In this document: positions 1 to 9,885 of the stretch, piece after piece
How the letters are laid out: the number at the start of each line of letters is the position of its first letter
How positions within the stretch are numbered: the first letter of the stretch is position 1
NCBI GenBank assembly: GCA_965198235.1
Contig: OZ240248.1
Coordinates: 3,584,001 to 3,648,000 of the forward strand
Source: Candidatus Poribacteria bacterium
GTDB lineage: Bacteria; Poribacteria; WGA-4E; WGA-3G
Length of the DNA: 64,000 nucleotides
Reading direction: 5' to 3'
The notes under the pieces: generated by a model
Told to the model about the DNA's origin: nothing
Seen by the model: only the letters and a program-made list of their open reading frames with translations
Databases searched by the model: none
Translations under genes and position numbers: made by a program

Positions 1-25
1 TCGGTGTTTGCATCTTCAGTTTCCT

Positions 26-682
26 TTAGGTTTGTTGGCTCGGAGCAGAAAGCACGCCGCGTGCGGTGCCCATCTCTTCTTCTCGCAGGACGACTCTGAC
101 GTTCGGGGCGCGGATCAGCAGAAGTCCGATAAGTGCGTCATGGGATTGTCCGCATGCAAAACTGACCGTGTCATTATTGTCGGTTTCAATGCTGTCCATT
201 TCGCCCAATTTCATCAAGCCGCCTGCGATCGCTGAGATTCGTCGTGCTGCGCCTCTGCCTTCACCATTTGCACTCACCTGATAGGTGCCGTTTCCAGTTG
301 AATCGACGGTGATGGTGAGTCGCGATTTTCTATCCAGTATGTTTAAAGGGCGTGGTTCGGTATGGGTGTTTGATGCGAGTTTGCATGCCTCCAAGAAAAC
401 GCGACGACACGCGGCTTCATGAACGTTTTTACAAGGGAAATAAAGCATGCCTTCGGGGGTTTTTAGCATGCCACCGAGTGTCTGCATTGTTTGGGCAACT
501 TCCTTGATTCTCTCGGTAGCACCTGTCATTTGGCTATAGGTATGCACCAGAAAAGCGGGGAAATTCCTTCCAGTCGTTGCATCGGCAATTTGCTGGCAAT
601 AGAGCCCAATGGTGATGTCATGGAAGTGTGGATCGATGGGTATGAGTTCAATGCGTCTACCGATGTCAACAATGCGTCGCAT
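26..682 (-). CDS. conserved hypothetical protein
   Basis: ORF 26..739; more likely start MRRIVDIG at 682 with a GAGGA RBS; no recognisable catalytic motif. Confidence 0.7.
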   Translation of the reverse strand: MRRIVDIGRRIELIPIDPHFHDITIGLYCQQIADATTGRNFPAFLVHTYSQMTGATERIKEVAQTMQTLGGMLKTPEGMLYFPCKNVHEAACRRVFLEACKLASNTHTEPRPLNILDRKSRLTITVDSTGNGTYQVSANGEGRGAARRISAIAGGLMKLGEMDSIETDNNDTVSFACGQSHDALIGLLLIRAPNVRVVLREEEMGTARGVLSAPSQQT

Positions 683-701
683 AGGGATTTCCTCACAGCA
701 A

Positions 702-1661
702 TTAGCGGCGGACGAGTCTACCGCCGTAGTGATTTTCATAGATATATTTATAAGCGCGTTCGGAAAGCCTGCGCAAGATATAGGCGCGCCGATTTCTCCA
801 ATTGGTAAAAGACTGCCAGCGATTTCTTCGATTCGTTTTCGTTCTGTCCTCCATCAGCCCAATAAAAACATAAGGTCTCAGTTTGCCTCGCGGATCTCGA
901 AAAACTAATATGCCGCCGTCTCCTACCAATCCGTAAACAGTACCGGTTTTGTTATAAACCGTCACCGATGAGGGGATGTAGGTTTTTTTAAAGATGTAGT
1001 CTCCGTTTTTGAGTTTGAAGTACCATTTCATTTTTGAAGAATGAGGGAGTCGCCCGTGCCACAACCGCAGGAAAAACGTGCCAATATCCCGCGCGGACGT
1101 CATATTCCTGTAAGTCCGTCCTCCCCGTGGTATGTATTCAACAATCCGAGTCTGCTTAAAATAGGGATAATTAACTTTCAGTATCCGATTTACCCGTGCC
1201 GGTCCGCCAAGTAACCGAATAAAGTAGTTAGTTGATAGATTTGAGCTCCTCTGAATCATTGCTGTCAGGTGTCCCCTATTTATAGCAGTGTGTGCTTGCC
1301 GTCCATATTTAACTTCATGAAAATAGGCGAGCATAACAAAATTCTTAGCAAGTGAGGCTGCCATCATCTGCCGATCTTCGTTGATCGACACTATTTTTTT
1401 ATTTTTTGAAATGTCGTAGACGACGAAACTCGTCCGATCGGTTGTTGACAGAATCCGACGATTCCGCTTGTTTTTGATATAGAGCTCAAAGTTTGCCTCC
1501 AAAGGCGAATCGATCGTCCCTCGGAGTTTACTTGGGATGCTCCAATATTTTGCCGCTGGCGCGCTACATATCGGAAATAATAGCACGATACTACAACAGA
1601 TTGCGAGAGGGTATAAATTTCGTATATATCTAAACATTCTGTCATCTATTTCCTTTCTCAT
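702..1661 (-). CDS. serine hydrolase, class A beta-lactamase/PBP-like
   Basis: SxxK (ASLAK), SxN (SSN) and KTG (KTGT) motifs in order; N-terminal signal-like hydrophobic stretch. Confidence 0.8.
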   Translation of the reverse strand: MRKEIDDRMFRYIRNLYPLAICCSIVLLFPICSAPAAKYWSIPSKLRGTIDSPLEANFELYIKNKRNRRILSTTDRTSFVVYDISKNKKIVSINEDRQMMAASLAKNFVMLAYFHEVKYGRQAHTAINRGHLTAMIQRSSNLSTNYFIRLLGGPARVNRILKVNYPYFKQTRIVEYIPRGGRTYRNMTSARDIGTFFLRLWHGRLPHSSKMKWYFKLKNGDYIFKKTYIPSSVTVYNKTGTVYGLVGDGGILVFRDPRGKLRPYVFIGLMEDRTKTNRRNRWQSFTNWRNRRAYILRRLSERAYKYIYENHYGGRLVRR

Positions 1662-1726
1662 TCTTCTTTCCTTAACAGGTGAAGGGAATGTTATTTATGA
1701 ATGCGAGCATACATCTGAGTTGTGAA

Positions 1727-3268
1727 TCACTCAATGTTGGAGTTAATATCGGTATTAATAGTTGGTAACTGATAGCACGCCGCCTCGCGATCGCTCCGAA
1801 CAAGCAAATAATCACCGGCAAGTGCGGGTGTGTTCCAAGCTCTACCCTTTACGGCTGCGAAGCGTGCGTGTTCTATATGGATGTTCGGGTTTGGGTCTAC
1901 GAGTACAACTTCGCCGGATTCGGTCAGGACGAGGAAAACATCGGAAATCAGGAGAGTCTGTCCGTGTCCATATCTACCTCGTTTCCATTGACGTGTGCCA
2001 TCGACTGGGTTTACACAGGCAAAGATCCCATCGTCCAATCCATACAGATAGTCGTTGTAGTAAATGATGTTAGTGAATTTGGCTTTTAGATATATAGTCT
2101 CCCATATAATAGAGACGTTGAATTCACCTATCGGGTTACGAGAAATTTGGAACAATTTAGCACCGACACCGTAACCGCTTGAGACAAGAAGTTTGTCATC
2201 AGGTAGCGGGACGGGTTGCGATACACATTCCACTGAGGGGGGCCACGGTTGCATCCATAAGAGTTCACCGCTCAACGGTTCATGCGCCGTGACGAGTCCT
2301 TGGTTAAAAATCACGATTTGCTCTACACCTGCCAGAGTGGTGAGGAATGGTGAGCTGTAACCGCTCTTGGTCCTGTATCCTATCCAAGCAACTTCGCCGG
2401 TCTCTCTGTGATACGCAACTGCGCCGCCAGCACTGACGACGACGAGTTCACCGAAAACGAGTGGCGAAATACTGACACCCCAAGGGGGTGCGTCTGCCTT
2501 GTGCGCTTTAAAGATATTGGTTGTCCAGAGTTGTTCTCCCGTTTCAAAGTCGAGGCAATTGAAAATCCCTGTTGAACCGACGGTGTAAACCCTGTTCCCT
2601 GAAATCGTTGGTGTTGCTCGCGGACCAAGTCCAGCGAGAGGTGTGTTGTATTTCGCGCGATCTTGGTGGCTCCACTTTACTTCGCCGGTGTGTAATTCAT
2701 AACAGACCACTTTTTCCCAGTCGTCTTCCTGTTCTTGCGTGATTGCTGAATTACCGGCAATTGCGAATCCTGACCAACCTGCGCCGACAGGTCGCCGCCA
2801 CACTAACTTCGGTGGAGAGGATTCCCAATCAAGTTTCAATTGAGTTGTGGATATGACACCATTTCGATTCTGTCCGAGGAATTGTGGATAGTCGGTTGTG
2901 GACATTTGGAGGTCGGACGAGTTTTCAGAACTGGGTCGGAGGGTCGTTTGCTCCTCTTGCCAACGCCATTCAAATATCGGGACGAGGTCGCCGCTGAATC
3001 CTTTGAATTGGAATAGGTTGGTGCTGAGAAGAACACCCAAAGCGATCACCGCAAGAGCAAGTAACTTAACCCGCCATCTCATCTCAGAGAGGAATAATAA
3101 CCATAATATGCTCAAGATGATTGTGCCGATGACAATCATGGTGGTTAAGAGGATTTTGTCTTGGCGATGGCCCGCGTCCGAAATCCATGTCACCAGCGTC
3201 CCTAAAATGGCTAAGATGATGACAACCCAAAGGGGCCACCAGCGGATCGATTTTGGGGTGTGTTCCAC
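1727..3268 (-). CDS. membrane-anchored PQQ-like beta-propeller protein
   Basis: Three N-terminal TM segments, DYPQFLGQNRNG start, repeated TGExxW propeller motifs, WNTPALA end. Confidence 0.85.
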   Translation of the reverse strand: MEHTPKSIRWWPLWVVIILAILGTLVTWISDAGHRQDKILLTTMIVIGTIILSILWLLFLSEMRWRVKLLALAVIALGVLLSTNLFQFKGFSGDLVPIFEWRWQEEQTTLRPSSENSSDLQMSTTDYPQFLGQNRNGVISTTQLKLDWESSPPKLVWRRPVGAGWSGFAIAGNSAITQEQEDDWEKVVCYELHTGEVKWSHQDRAKYNTPLAGLGPRATPTISGNRVYTVGSTGIFNCLDFETGEQLWTTNIFKAHKADAPPWGVSISPLVFGELVVVSAGGAVAYHRETGEVAWIGYRTKSGYSSPFLTTLAGVEQIVIFNQGLVTAHEPLSGELLWMQPWPPSVECVSQPVPLPDDKLLVSSGYGVGAKLFQISRNPIGEFNVSIIWETIYLKAKFTNIIYYNDYLYGLDDGIFACVNPVDGTRQWKRGRYGHGQTLLISDVFLVLTESGEVVLVDPNPNIHIEHARFAAVKGRAWNTPALAGDYLLVRSDREAACYQLPTINTDINSNIE

Positions 3269-3516
3269 TATAAGAGTTCCTTTTTGCCTTCATGAAACGT
3301 GAAATTCTGCCTAAATTTCAACGTTCTACGCTATCTTACTAACTATAATAGTGTTTTTTATTAAAGATTGTCAAGGGGAAATTTGTGGGGCACTGGGATG
3401 AACGCATTCTTCCTGCTGTAAATCGTATGAAACTTTGCATAAGGAAAGGACGTTATGATAAAATATTATAACACAGAGGAACGAAGAACAGAAATTGTCT
3501 GAAAGGAGAAAATCGG

Positions 3517-4290
3517 ATGCGTTTTGAGAACAAGGTTGCATTGGTGACGGGTGGTGGTGGACCGTTAGGTATCGGGAGAGCGGCGTGTTTGGCGTTCGCT
3601 CGTGAAGGCGCTTCTGTCGTTGTTGCCGGAGGTAGAAGTGCAGAGGCTGTTGCCGCCGAGGTCCGCGCCGAGGGTGGAAAAGCCATTGCTGTTCCATTAG
3701 ATGTTACCGTGCCTGAGGAAGTTCAGGAAGCCGTAGAGATTGCAGTGGGGACATTTGAACGGATCGATATTCTCTTCAATAACGCGGGAATTCTCGGTAG
3801 GCAGCCGTTGTTTGAAGTGACACCAGAGCAGTTTGACACGGTAATGGCGGTTAATGTAAAAGGGTGTCTGCTCTGTGCGCAAGCGGTCGCTCAAGTGATG
3901 ATTGCTCAAGGCATACGAGGACGAATCATTAACAACTCATCTATTTTTGCCGAGGAATCTCATGTCGGTGTTTTGAGTTATTGTGTGAGTAAAGCTGCGC
4001 TGAATAGGCTCACGCGGAGTCTTGCACTGGAACTTCGTCCGCACGGTATCACCGTGAATGCTGTCGCACCAGGGGGTGGCGCGCCGACCGGTATAAATGC
4101 TTCACGAAATCTTCCTGAAGATGACACTCTACCCGATTTACCGTCTGCTTCACCGGACGCCCCTCCGCTGGAACGGGGGGCAACAGTGTGGGACTATATC
4201 GGTGCAGTGTTGTTTCTTGCCTCTGATGAAGCCGCCTATATTAGTGGTGATATTATGACGATTGACGGGGGATCCGTCTCGCGTCGATGA
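3517..4290 (+). CDS. short-chain dehydrogenase/reductase (SDR)
   Basis: TGGGGPLGIG Rossmann loop, NNAG, YxxxK (YCVSK); AAGGAG RBS. Confidence 0.93.
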   Translation: MRFENKVALVTGGGGPLGIGRAACLAFAREGASVVVAGGRSAEAVAAEVRAEGGKAIAVPLDVTVPEEVQEAVEIAVGTFERIDILFNNAGILGRQPLFEVTPEQFDTVMAVNVKGCLLCAQAVAQVMIAQGIRGRIINNSSIFAEESHVGVLSYCVSKAALNRLTRSLALELRPHGITVNAVAPGGGAPTGINASRNLPEDDTLPDLPSASPDAPPLERGATVWDYIGAVLFLASDEAAYISGDIMTIDGGSVSRR

Positions 4291-4313
4291 ATTGTGATTA
4301 GGAGAAGACTTTC

Positions 4314-4757
4314 TTGTCGTTTATTGGTATGTTAAAAACTTACTGTCACCTACTCTTTGAATGGCTAAAGGCGTATGGGGTGATGCTGGTTGGTGTCTCT
4401 GTCGCGAGTTTTATCGTTAGCATCCTCTTTTGCACGCTGGTTATTGCCTACTTACCTTCTGACTATTTCTTGCCTAATAGACGGGAGAACCGTATCAGGC
4501 AACCCGTTTTACGGATAGGTCTCAAGTGCTTAAAAAACCTGCTCGCGGTCATACTTGTTGTGGTGGGAATTATTCAGATACCCTTACCGGGACAGGGTGT
4601 TTTGACGATGCTGATAGGCATTATTATCAGCGATATTCCCGGAAAGCGGAGGTTGGAATGTCGGATTATACGTTCGCCGGTCGTCTTAGCGACTGCAAAC
4701 GGCATTCGTTCCCGCTTTAAACGTCCGTTGCTTATGTTAGATGAGTCAGTGGAATAG
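4314..4757 (+). CDS. PGPGW-like small membrane protein
   Basis: Hydrophobic helices with PLPGQGVLTMLIG motif; AGGAG RBS upstream of TTG. Confidence 0.7.
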   Translation: MSFIGMLKTYCHLLFEWLKAYGVMLVGVSVASFIVSILFCTLVIAYLPSDYFLPNRRENRIRQPVLRIGLKCLKNLLAVILVVVGIIQIPLPGQGVLTMLIGIIISDIPGKRRLECRIIRSPVVLATANGIRSRFKRPLLMLDESVE

Positions 4758-4824
4758 AAGCCGTTCGCGGAATGGAAGCATCTGGTTCAGGGTCGTCATC
4801 AGGATATGGACGGAGACGATGGGA

Positions 4825-5580
4825 CTACCGTGGCACCAATTGCTTGTGAATCTCCAATAACCGCTGAAGCTCTTCGATCGGCTTCTCGGCATCGTCCACT
4901 CGTAAATCGATGTACCGGTCATTGAACCTGCCGTAGCCGCTGGCTTCTTGAACGACGAGCAGGGCGGCTGACTGTTGTCCCCGTGTATCGCCCCCTGCCT
5001 CTTGTCCAGCGAAGAGTGCCGCCATTAATTTATCCGCCAGTTCGCCGTCTGTTTCCTCGAACGCTTTGCCCATCGCCTTGACGACTTCTTCACCGGCGAG
5101 GATGTTGCCTTGAGCCGTGTAATGTTTACCTGAGACGGCACCTGCCCACTCGTTGCATTCATCTCCCGTATAGTTAGCGACAGTGCCCTTCGCATCCACG
5201 ATACCTACCTGACGCGTTGCACGTCCCGAATCATCTGCGATGAGACGTTCCAAGGTCTGTTCAGCGGAGAGTCCGCTTTTGAGCAGTTTTAAACCGTTGG
5301 GACCGAAGGTCGTATTTGCCCAAGATTGGGTCGCAATTGCGCCAACACCTGCTTCTGCCCATGGGACAACCGAGCCAACAGCGAAAAATTTGGATTGCAC
5401 AGCAATCCCAAGAGCACCCGTTTCTGTGTCATATCCGACAATTGAAAACGTCGCGACGGGAGGCAGAACAGGTCTTTCACTGGGTATGTCGGGTTCAGAA
5501 AGATGGAACAGTAGGCTAAGGGGAATGAAAAGCATCGTGTGTATCTCCCATAACAACAAAGCGGGCTTAATCTTCTTCAA
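4825..5580 (-). CDS. DUF1028 family (Ntn-hydrolase-like) protein
   Basis: TFSIVG..., GAIATQS, QGNILAG, GGDTRGQQSAAL, DLRVDD motifs; overlaps the hisD stop. Confidence 0.88.
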   Translation of the reverse strand: MKKIKPALLLWEIHTMLFIPLSLLFHLSEPDIPSERPVLPPVATFSIVGYDTETGALGIAVQSKFFAVGSVVPWAEAGVGAIATQSWANTTFGPNGLKLLKSGLSAEQTLERLIADDSGRATRQVGIVDAKGTVANYTGDECNEWAGAVSGKHYTAQGNILAGEEVVKAMGKAFEETDGELADKLMAALFAGQEAGGDTRGQQSAALLVVQEASGYGRFNDRYIDLRVDDAEKPIEELQRLLEIHKQLVPR

Positions 5581-6865
5581 ATCGGATTTTCATAGCGGCG
5601 GCGTGCCCTTCAAGTCCTTCAACCTCAGCGAGTTTAACGACTGCTGGTGTGACTTCTTCTAAAGCCGCCTTGGTGTATGAGATGAGACTTGACTTCTTTA
5701 GGAAATCATCGACGCTGAGTGGCGAGGCGTAGCGTGCGGCTGTCCCTGTAGGCAAGACGTGGTTCGGTCCTGCAATGTAATCCCCAACGGCTTCTGGCGA
5801 ATAGGGACCTATGAGGATAGCGCCGGCATTATGCACGTTTCCGAGCCAATCAAATGCGTTTTCAATGTGAAGTTCAAGGTGTTCCGGTGCGATTTCGTTG
5901 GCGAGGGTGAACGCCTCCGATAGATTTGAGGTGATAAATGCGGCACCAAAGTTTGCAAATGCCTTTGTAAGTTCGTCGCGGCGAGGTAAGGATTCGCCTT
6001 GAACCTCGATAGCTGCTTTGACTTGTTCGGCGAACCCAAGTGAAGGAGTGATGAGGATTGCAGCAGAGTCGGATTTGTGTTCTGCTTGTGAGATGAGATC
6101 CGCGGCGACGTAATCTGGGTCAGCTGTACTGTCGGCGATGACAAGGATTTCGCTGGGACCCGCTAACTTGTCTATATCAACATGCCCATAGACCTCTTTT
6201 TTGGCAAATTGGACATAAAGGTTCCCCGGTCCGACAATTTTATCGACAGATGGGATGGTCTTGGTGCCGTACGCCATCGCGGCGATGGCTTGCGCGCCGC
6301 CACATTTGTAGATTTCTCGGATACCACATTCTGCGGCAGCAACCAGCATATAGGGGTTAATGTCCCGATTTCGCATTGGAGGGATACAGACAGCGATTTC
6401 TTCAACACCCGCTACGGTAGCGGGGATAACGTTCATCAGCAATGAAGAGACGAGGAGTTGGCTGATGGCTGGAACACAAACACCGATACGCCTTAGCGGA
6501 CGGATTAGATGTCCGAGCAGGACACCATTGGGTTCTGTTGACATCCATGAAGTCCGTAACTGTTTTTGGTGGAATTTTTCGATGTTTGTTCTTGCCTGCG
6601 TGATTGCGTCTATAAATTCAGATGGGACTTCTAAATACGCTTCCCCAAATTTTTCTCGTGATACCTTTAGTTCCTTTGCTGAGATACGGGGTGCGTCGAG
6701 TTTGCGTGTATATCGGACAACCGCTTTATCCCCTTCTGCTTGCACATCACTCAAAGTCCGCCGGACTGTCTTTAAGATACCTTCATCTGCTAACTTACCC
6801 CGCGCCTTCAACTTTGAGAGAAAATCCTCAGCTTTTTGGGTACCCGTCTCGACAATTTGTAACAT
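5567..6865 (-). CDS. hisD: histidinol dehydrogenase
   Basis: GGAQAIAAMAYG, KIVGPGN, AGPSE, QAEH, APEHLE, GDYIAGPNHVLPT. Confidence 0.97.
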   Translation of the reverse strand: MLQIVETGTQKAEDFLSKLKARGKLADEGILKTVRRTLSDVQAEGDKAVVRYTRKLDAPRISAKELKVSREKFGEAYLEVPSEFIDAITQARTNIEKFHQKQLRTSWMSTEPNGVLLGHLIRPLRRIGVCVPAISQLLVSSLLMNVIPATVAGVEEIAVCIPPMRNRDINPYMLVAAAECGIREIYKCGGAQAIAAMAYGTKTIPSVDKIVGPGNLYVQFAKKEVYGHVDIDKLAGPSEILVIADSTADPDYVAADLISQAEHKSDSAAILITPSLGFAEQVKAAIEVQGESLPRRDELTKAFANFGAAFITSNLSEAFTLANEIAPEHLELHIENAFDWLGNVHNAGAILIGPYSPEAVGDYIAGPNHVLPTGTAARYASPLSVDDFLKKSSLISYTKAALEEVTPAVVKLAEVEGLEGHAAAMKIRFEED

Positions 6866-6941
6866 TCTTCAATAATCCTTTCTCTTGGTTTGCGACGTTT
6901 ATAAACAGGACTTAGGAACTTACAAGCGGTGCCAAAAGCGA

Positions 6942-8222
6942 CTAAACTTCTTCGCCGCTGTCACGGACTCTTGTAATATTTGCGCCGATGTTGTTCAGTT
7001 TTTCCTCAATGGATTCATACCCACGATCAATGTGATAGACCCGTGATACGACGGTTTCACCGACTGCTGCCATTCCAGCTGCAACAAGGACAGCACCAGC
7101 ACGCAGATCGGACGCCATCACTGGTGCACCACTGAGTTTGGAGACACCGTTAATCACTGCCTTGCTGCCATCGAGCATGATGTCCGCGCCCATCCGGTTC
7201 AGTTCGGCGGCATGGATGTAGCGATCTGTGTGTACATTTTCGGTGATAACGCTGGTCCCGGATGCGAGGCAGAGCAGTCCCATAATTTGTGCCTGCATAT
7301 CTGTCGGAAAGCCAGGGAAAGGTTCTGTGATGACATCAATACCTCTAATCTCGCGTGGTGTTGTAACGCGGACACCATTGTCATCCCAATCTAATTCGAC
7401 ACCTGCTTCAGTGAGTTTTTCTGAGATGGCGGGAATTTGTTGCGGTGTGATACCTTCGACATAAACATCGCCTCTGGTAATAGCCCCTGCGACAATGAAG
7501 GTGCCTGCCTCAATATCATCGGAGATGACAGTGTGTTCCGTGCCACGCAGCTGCTTGACACCGTGAATTGTCAGGACAGAAGTGCCGATGCCTTCTATAT
7601 CTGCTCCCATCGCATTGAGGAAACGGGCGAGATCAGAGATATGGGGTTCACGTGCTGCGCCACGGATAACCGTGGTGCCTTCAGCCAAAGTGGCAGCCAT
7701 CATAACATTCGCAGTTGCACCGACGCTGGGTCCGTGCTGTCCCATGAGATACATCTCTGTGCCAACGAGACGTTCCGCTTGCGCGTAGATGTATCCGCTT
7801 TCGACTGTGACTTCTGCACCTAAGTGATCCAAACCTCGGATATGCAAGTCGATCGGTCGGGGTCCAATGGCACATCCGCCGGGGAATGAGACTTTTGCCT
7901 TCCCTAATTTCGCCACGAGCGGACCGAGGACATAGATAGATGCGCGCATTTTTCGCACGAGTTCGTAAGGTGCTTCGTATTCTAAGTGGTTTATAGGTTC
8001 AATATAGAGCGAGGATTTTTTTATTTTTGTTGTCGCACCGAGTCCTTCCAACACAGCACTGAGGGTTTTTACGTCTGTTAGATTTGGTACGTTGTGAAGT
8101 ACACTGACCCCGTCGCCGAGGATCGCAGCGGCGACTGCGATAGGTAGAACTGCGTTTTTGCAACCGCTGACTGGAATCCTTCCTTGAAGCCGGGTGCCAC
8201 CTTTGACGATTAATTTTTCCAT
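6942..8222 (-). CDS. murA: UDP-N-acetylglucosamine 1-carboxyvinyltransferase
   Basis: GCKNAVLP, MRASI, PGGCAIGPRPIDLH (catalytic Cys), FPGFPTDMQAQ, DLRAGA, HIDRGYE. Confidence 0.97.
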   Translation of the reverse strand: MEKLIVKGGTRLQGRIPVSGCKNAVLPIAVAAAILGDGVSVLHNVPNLTDVKTLSAVLEGLGATTKIKKSSLYIEPINHLEYEAPYELVRKMRASIYVLGPLVAKLGKAKVSFPGGCAIGPRPIDLHIRGLDHLGAEVTVESGYIYAQAERLVGTEMYLMGQHGPSVGATANVMMAATLAEGTTVIRGAAREPHISDLARFLNAMGADIEGIGTSVLTIHGVKQLRGTEHTVISDDIEAGTFIVAGAITRGDVYVEGITPQQIPAISEKLTEAGVELDWDDNGVRVTTPREIRGIDVITEPFPGFPTDMQAQIMGLLCLASGTSVITENVHTDRYIHAAELNRMGADIMLDGSKAVINGVSKLSGAPVMASDLRAGAVLVAAGMAAVGETVVSRVYHIDRGYESIEEKLNNIGANITRVRDSGEEV

Positions 8223-8286
8223 TTCCTTCTCCTTACAAGTTTTCGTCGCCGAATGTAATGGGTTGTGTTAACCCTACTTGCATAAA

Positions 8287-8449
8287 CGATGCCAATCGGT
8301 TACTTGTTACAGGTTATAGACAATGTATGGCTTTATATGGCTTTTTGTATTCAAGGAATGTAAGGGTTGGATTGACTTTATCGCGTAGTCGATACCAATT
8401 GGTTACTTGTTAGACACTATAGGCAGTGTATGGCTTTATATGGTTTTTC
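8287..8449. repeat. imperfect ~60-bp direct repeat (8287-8346 and 8390-8449) upstream of murA
   Basis: cgatRccaatYggttacttgtta...tataRRcaRtgtatggctttatatggYtttt present twice, 103 bp apart. Confidence 0.85.
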
Positions 8450-8698
8450 GGCTTTGAGAGATGTGTTAAAAAGGACACATGTTATCTATTTTTCGTAGAA
8501 TTCGCTTGTATTGACGGACAATTTTTGATAAAATGTGAGTCCAGTAAAACTTACGTCAATTTCTTTTATGGCTCGGTTTCCGATTGAGGTTTTTTTGAGA
8601 AACGGTGTGTTTGAGAATTTCGGTTGAGACCTCATCGTGTCACATCGGCGTAAGTCCTGTTCACAATCTATTTTGAAGATGAGGATAAGGTAAAACAG

Positions 8699-9751
8699 AT
8701 GGCAGACAAGACATATCGTGTTGGAATTATTGGATGCGGTGGTATGGGCCGTTCCCATGTGAATAATTGGACAAGTACGGGTCGTGCCGAAGTTGTCACG
8801 GCTTCAGACATTAGCGCGGAATCGGCGGCGAAATTTGCGGGAGAGTTCGCTCTCCCCACGCACTATACCGATTTCGGTGAAATGTGCGAGAAAGAGGACT
8901 TGGACATCGTCAGTATTACGACGTGGCAGAGCGTCCGTGCGGAACCGACTATCGCCGCTGCGGCGAGCGGTGTACTCGGCGTTATTACCGAAAAACCGAT
9001 GGCGGGTTCGGTTGGCGATGCGCAAGACATGATGGATGCCTGTGAGAAGCACAATGTGAAGTTGGTCGTTGGACACCAACGGCGTTTCAGCCCCCAAAAT
9101 TGCGAGGCGCGCCGCCTTATCCAAGAAGGTGCCATCGGTCAGCCGCAGGCGATGCTCCGTCGCGATGGGCACGGGCTTTTGAACCGTGGCACCCATGAAA
9201 TCGACGAAATGCGCTACATCCTTGGTGATCCGGATCCGTTATGGCTTATTGGTCAGGTTGCACGCAAAACCGATCGCTGGGAACGACGTGTAAGAACTGA
9301 AGACTTGTGTATGGCGGAAATCTGCTTTGAAGGCGGTATCCGTGGCATCTACGAAAGCGATTTACCGGAACCCGTCCTCCGAGGCGATGTCGTCTATGGA
9401 GACGATGGGCAGCTCCGTCGTGGTGAAAACGGTGCGATTGAATTGCTCAACAGCAAAGCCGAAGGATGGCAGGTTATTGAACCCCGCCAAGGTGAACCGA
9501 ATCAATTTGATGAGATGTTAGCCTGGATTGAAGGTGGTGTTGATGAGCACCGCAATGCTGGTAAACATGGACTTTGCACGATAGAAATCCTGATGGCGAT
9601 TTATGAATCGTTGCGCCTCCAAGACGTTGTAACTTTCCCATTAAAAACGCGCCCCAACCCGCTTGACCTTTTGGTTGAAGGCGGTAAGTTACCGGTATTT
9701 GTTGAGGGACGTTACGATATCCGTGCGCCGTTCCCGGAAGAGACGAAGTAG
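8699..9751 (+). CDS. Gfo/Idh/MocA family oxidoreductase
   Basis: GIIGCGGMG, EKPMA, GHQRRF, GTHEID. Confidence 0.92.
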   Translation: MADKTYRVGIIGCGGMGRSHVNNWTSTGRAEVVTASDISAESAAKFAGEFALPTHYTDFGEMCEKEDLDIVSITTWQSVRAEPTIAAAASGVLGVITEKPMAGSVGDAQDMMDACEKHNVKLVVGHQRRFSPQNCEARRLIQEGAIGQPQAMLRRDGHGLLNRGTHEIDEMRYILGDPDPLWLIGQVARKTDRWERRVRTEDLCMAEICFEGGIRGIYESDLPEPVLRGDVVYGDDGQLRRGENGAIELLNSKAEGWQVIEPRQGEPNQFDEMLAWIEGGVDEHRNAGKHGLCTIEILMAIYESLRLQDVVTFPLKTRPNPLDLLVEGGKLPVFVEGRYDIRAPFPEETK

Positions 9752-9756
9752 CTTAA

Positions 9757-9882
9757 TAGTTGTCGGTTGTCGGCTATCGGCGGTCAGTAAAGAGCGATTT
9801 GTGGCAGTCCGATGATTTGCAACTGCCACAACCCTGTACTGTACGAATTGCCGATTGCTGATTGCTGATTGCTGACAGCCAT
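9757..9882. repeat. intergenic inverted heptamer-repeat element
   Basis: (tcggttg/tcggcta)n ... (ctgattg)n arms; related copies near 10767-10960, 12126, 18330-18405, 31600, 34367 and 47499-47610. Confidence 0.7.
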
Positions 9883-9885
9883 TAC

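Noticed and set aside
702-1661. Calling this a true antibiotic-resistance beta-lactamase
   Set aside because: No clear omega-loop ExxLN general base is visible; it is more likely a PBP-like peptidase
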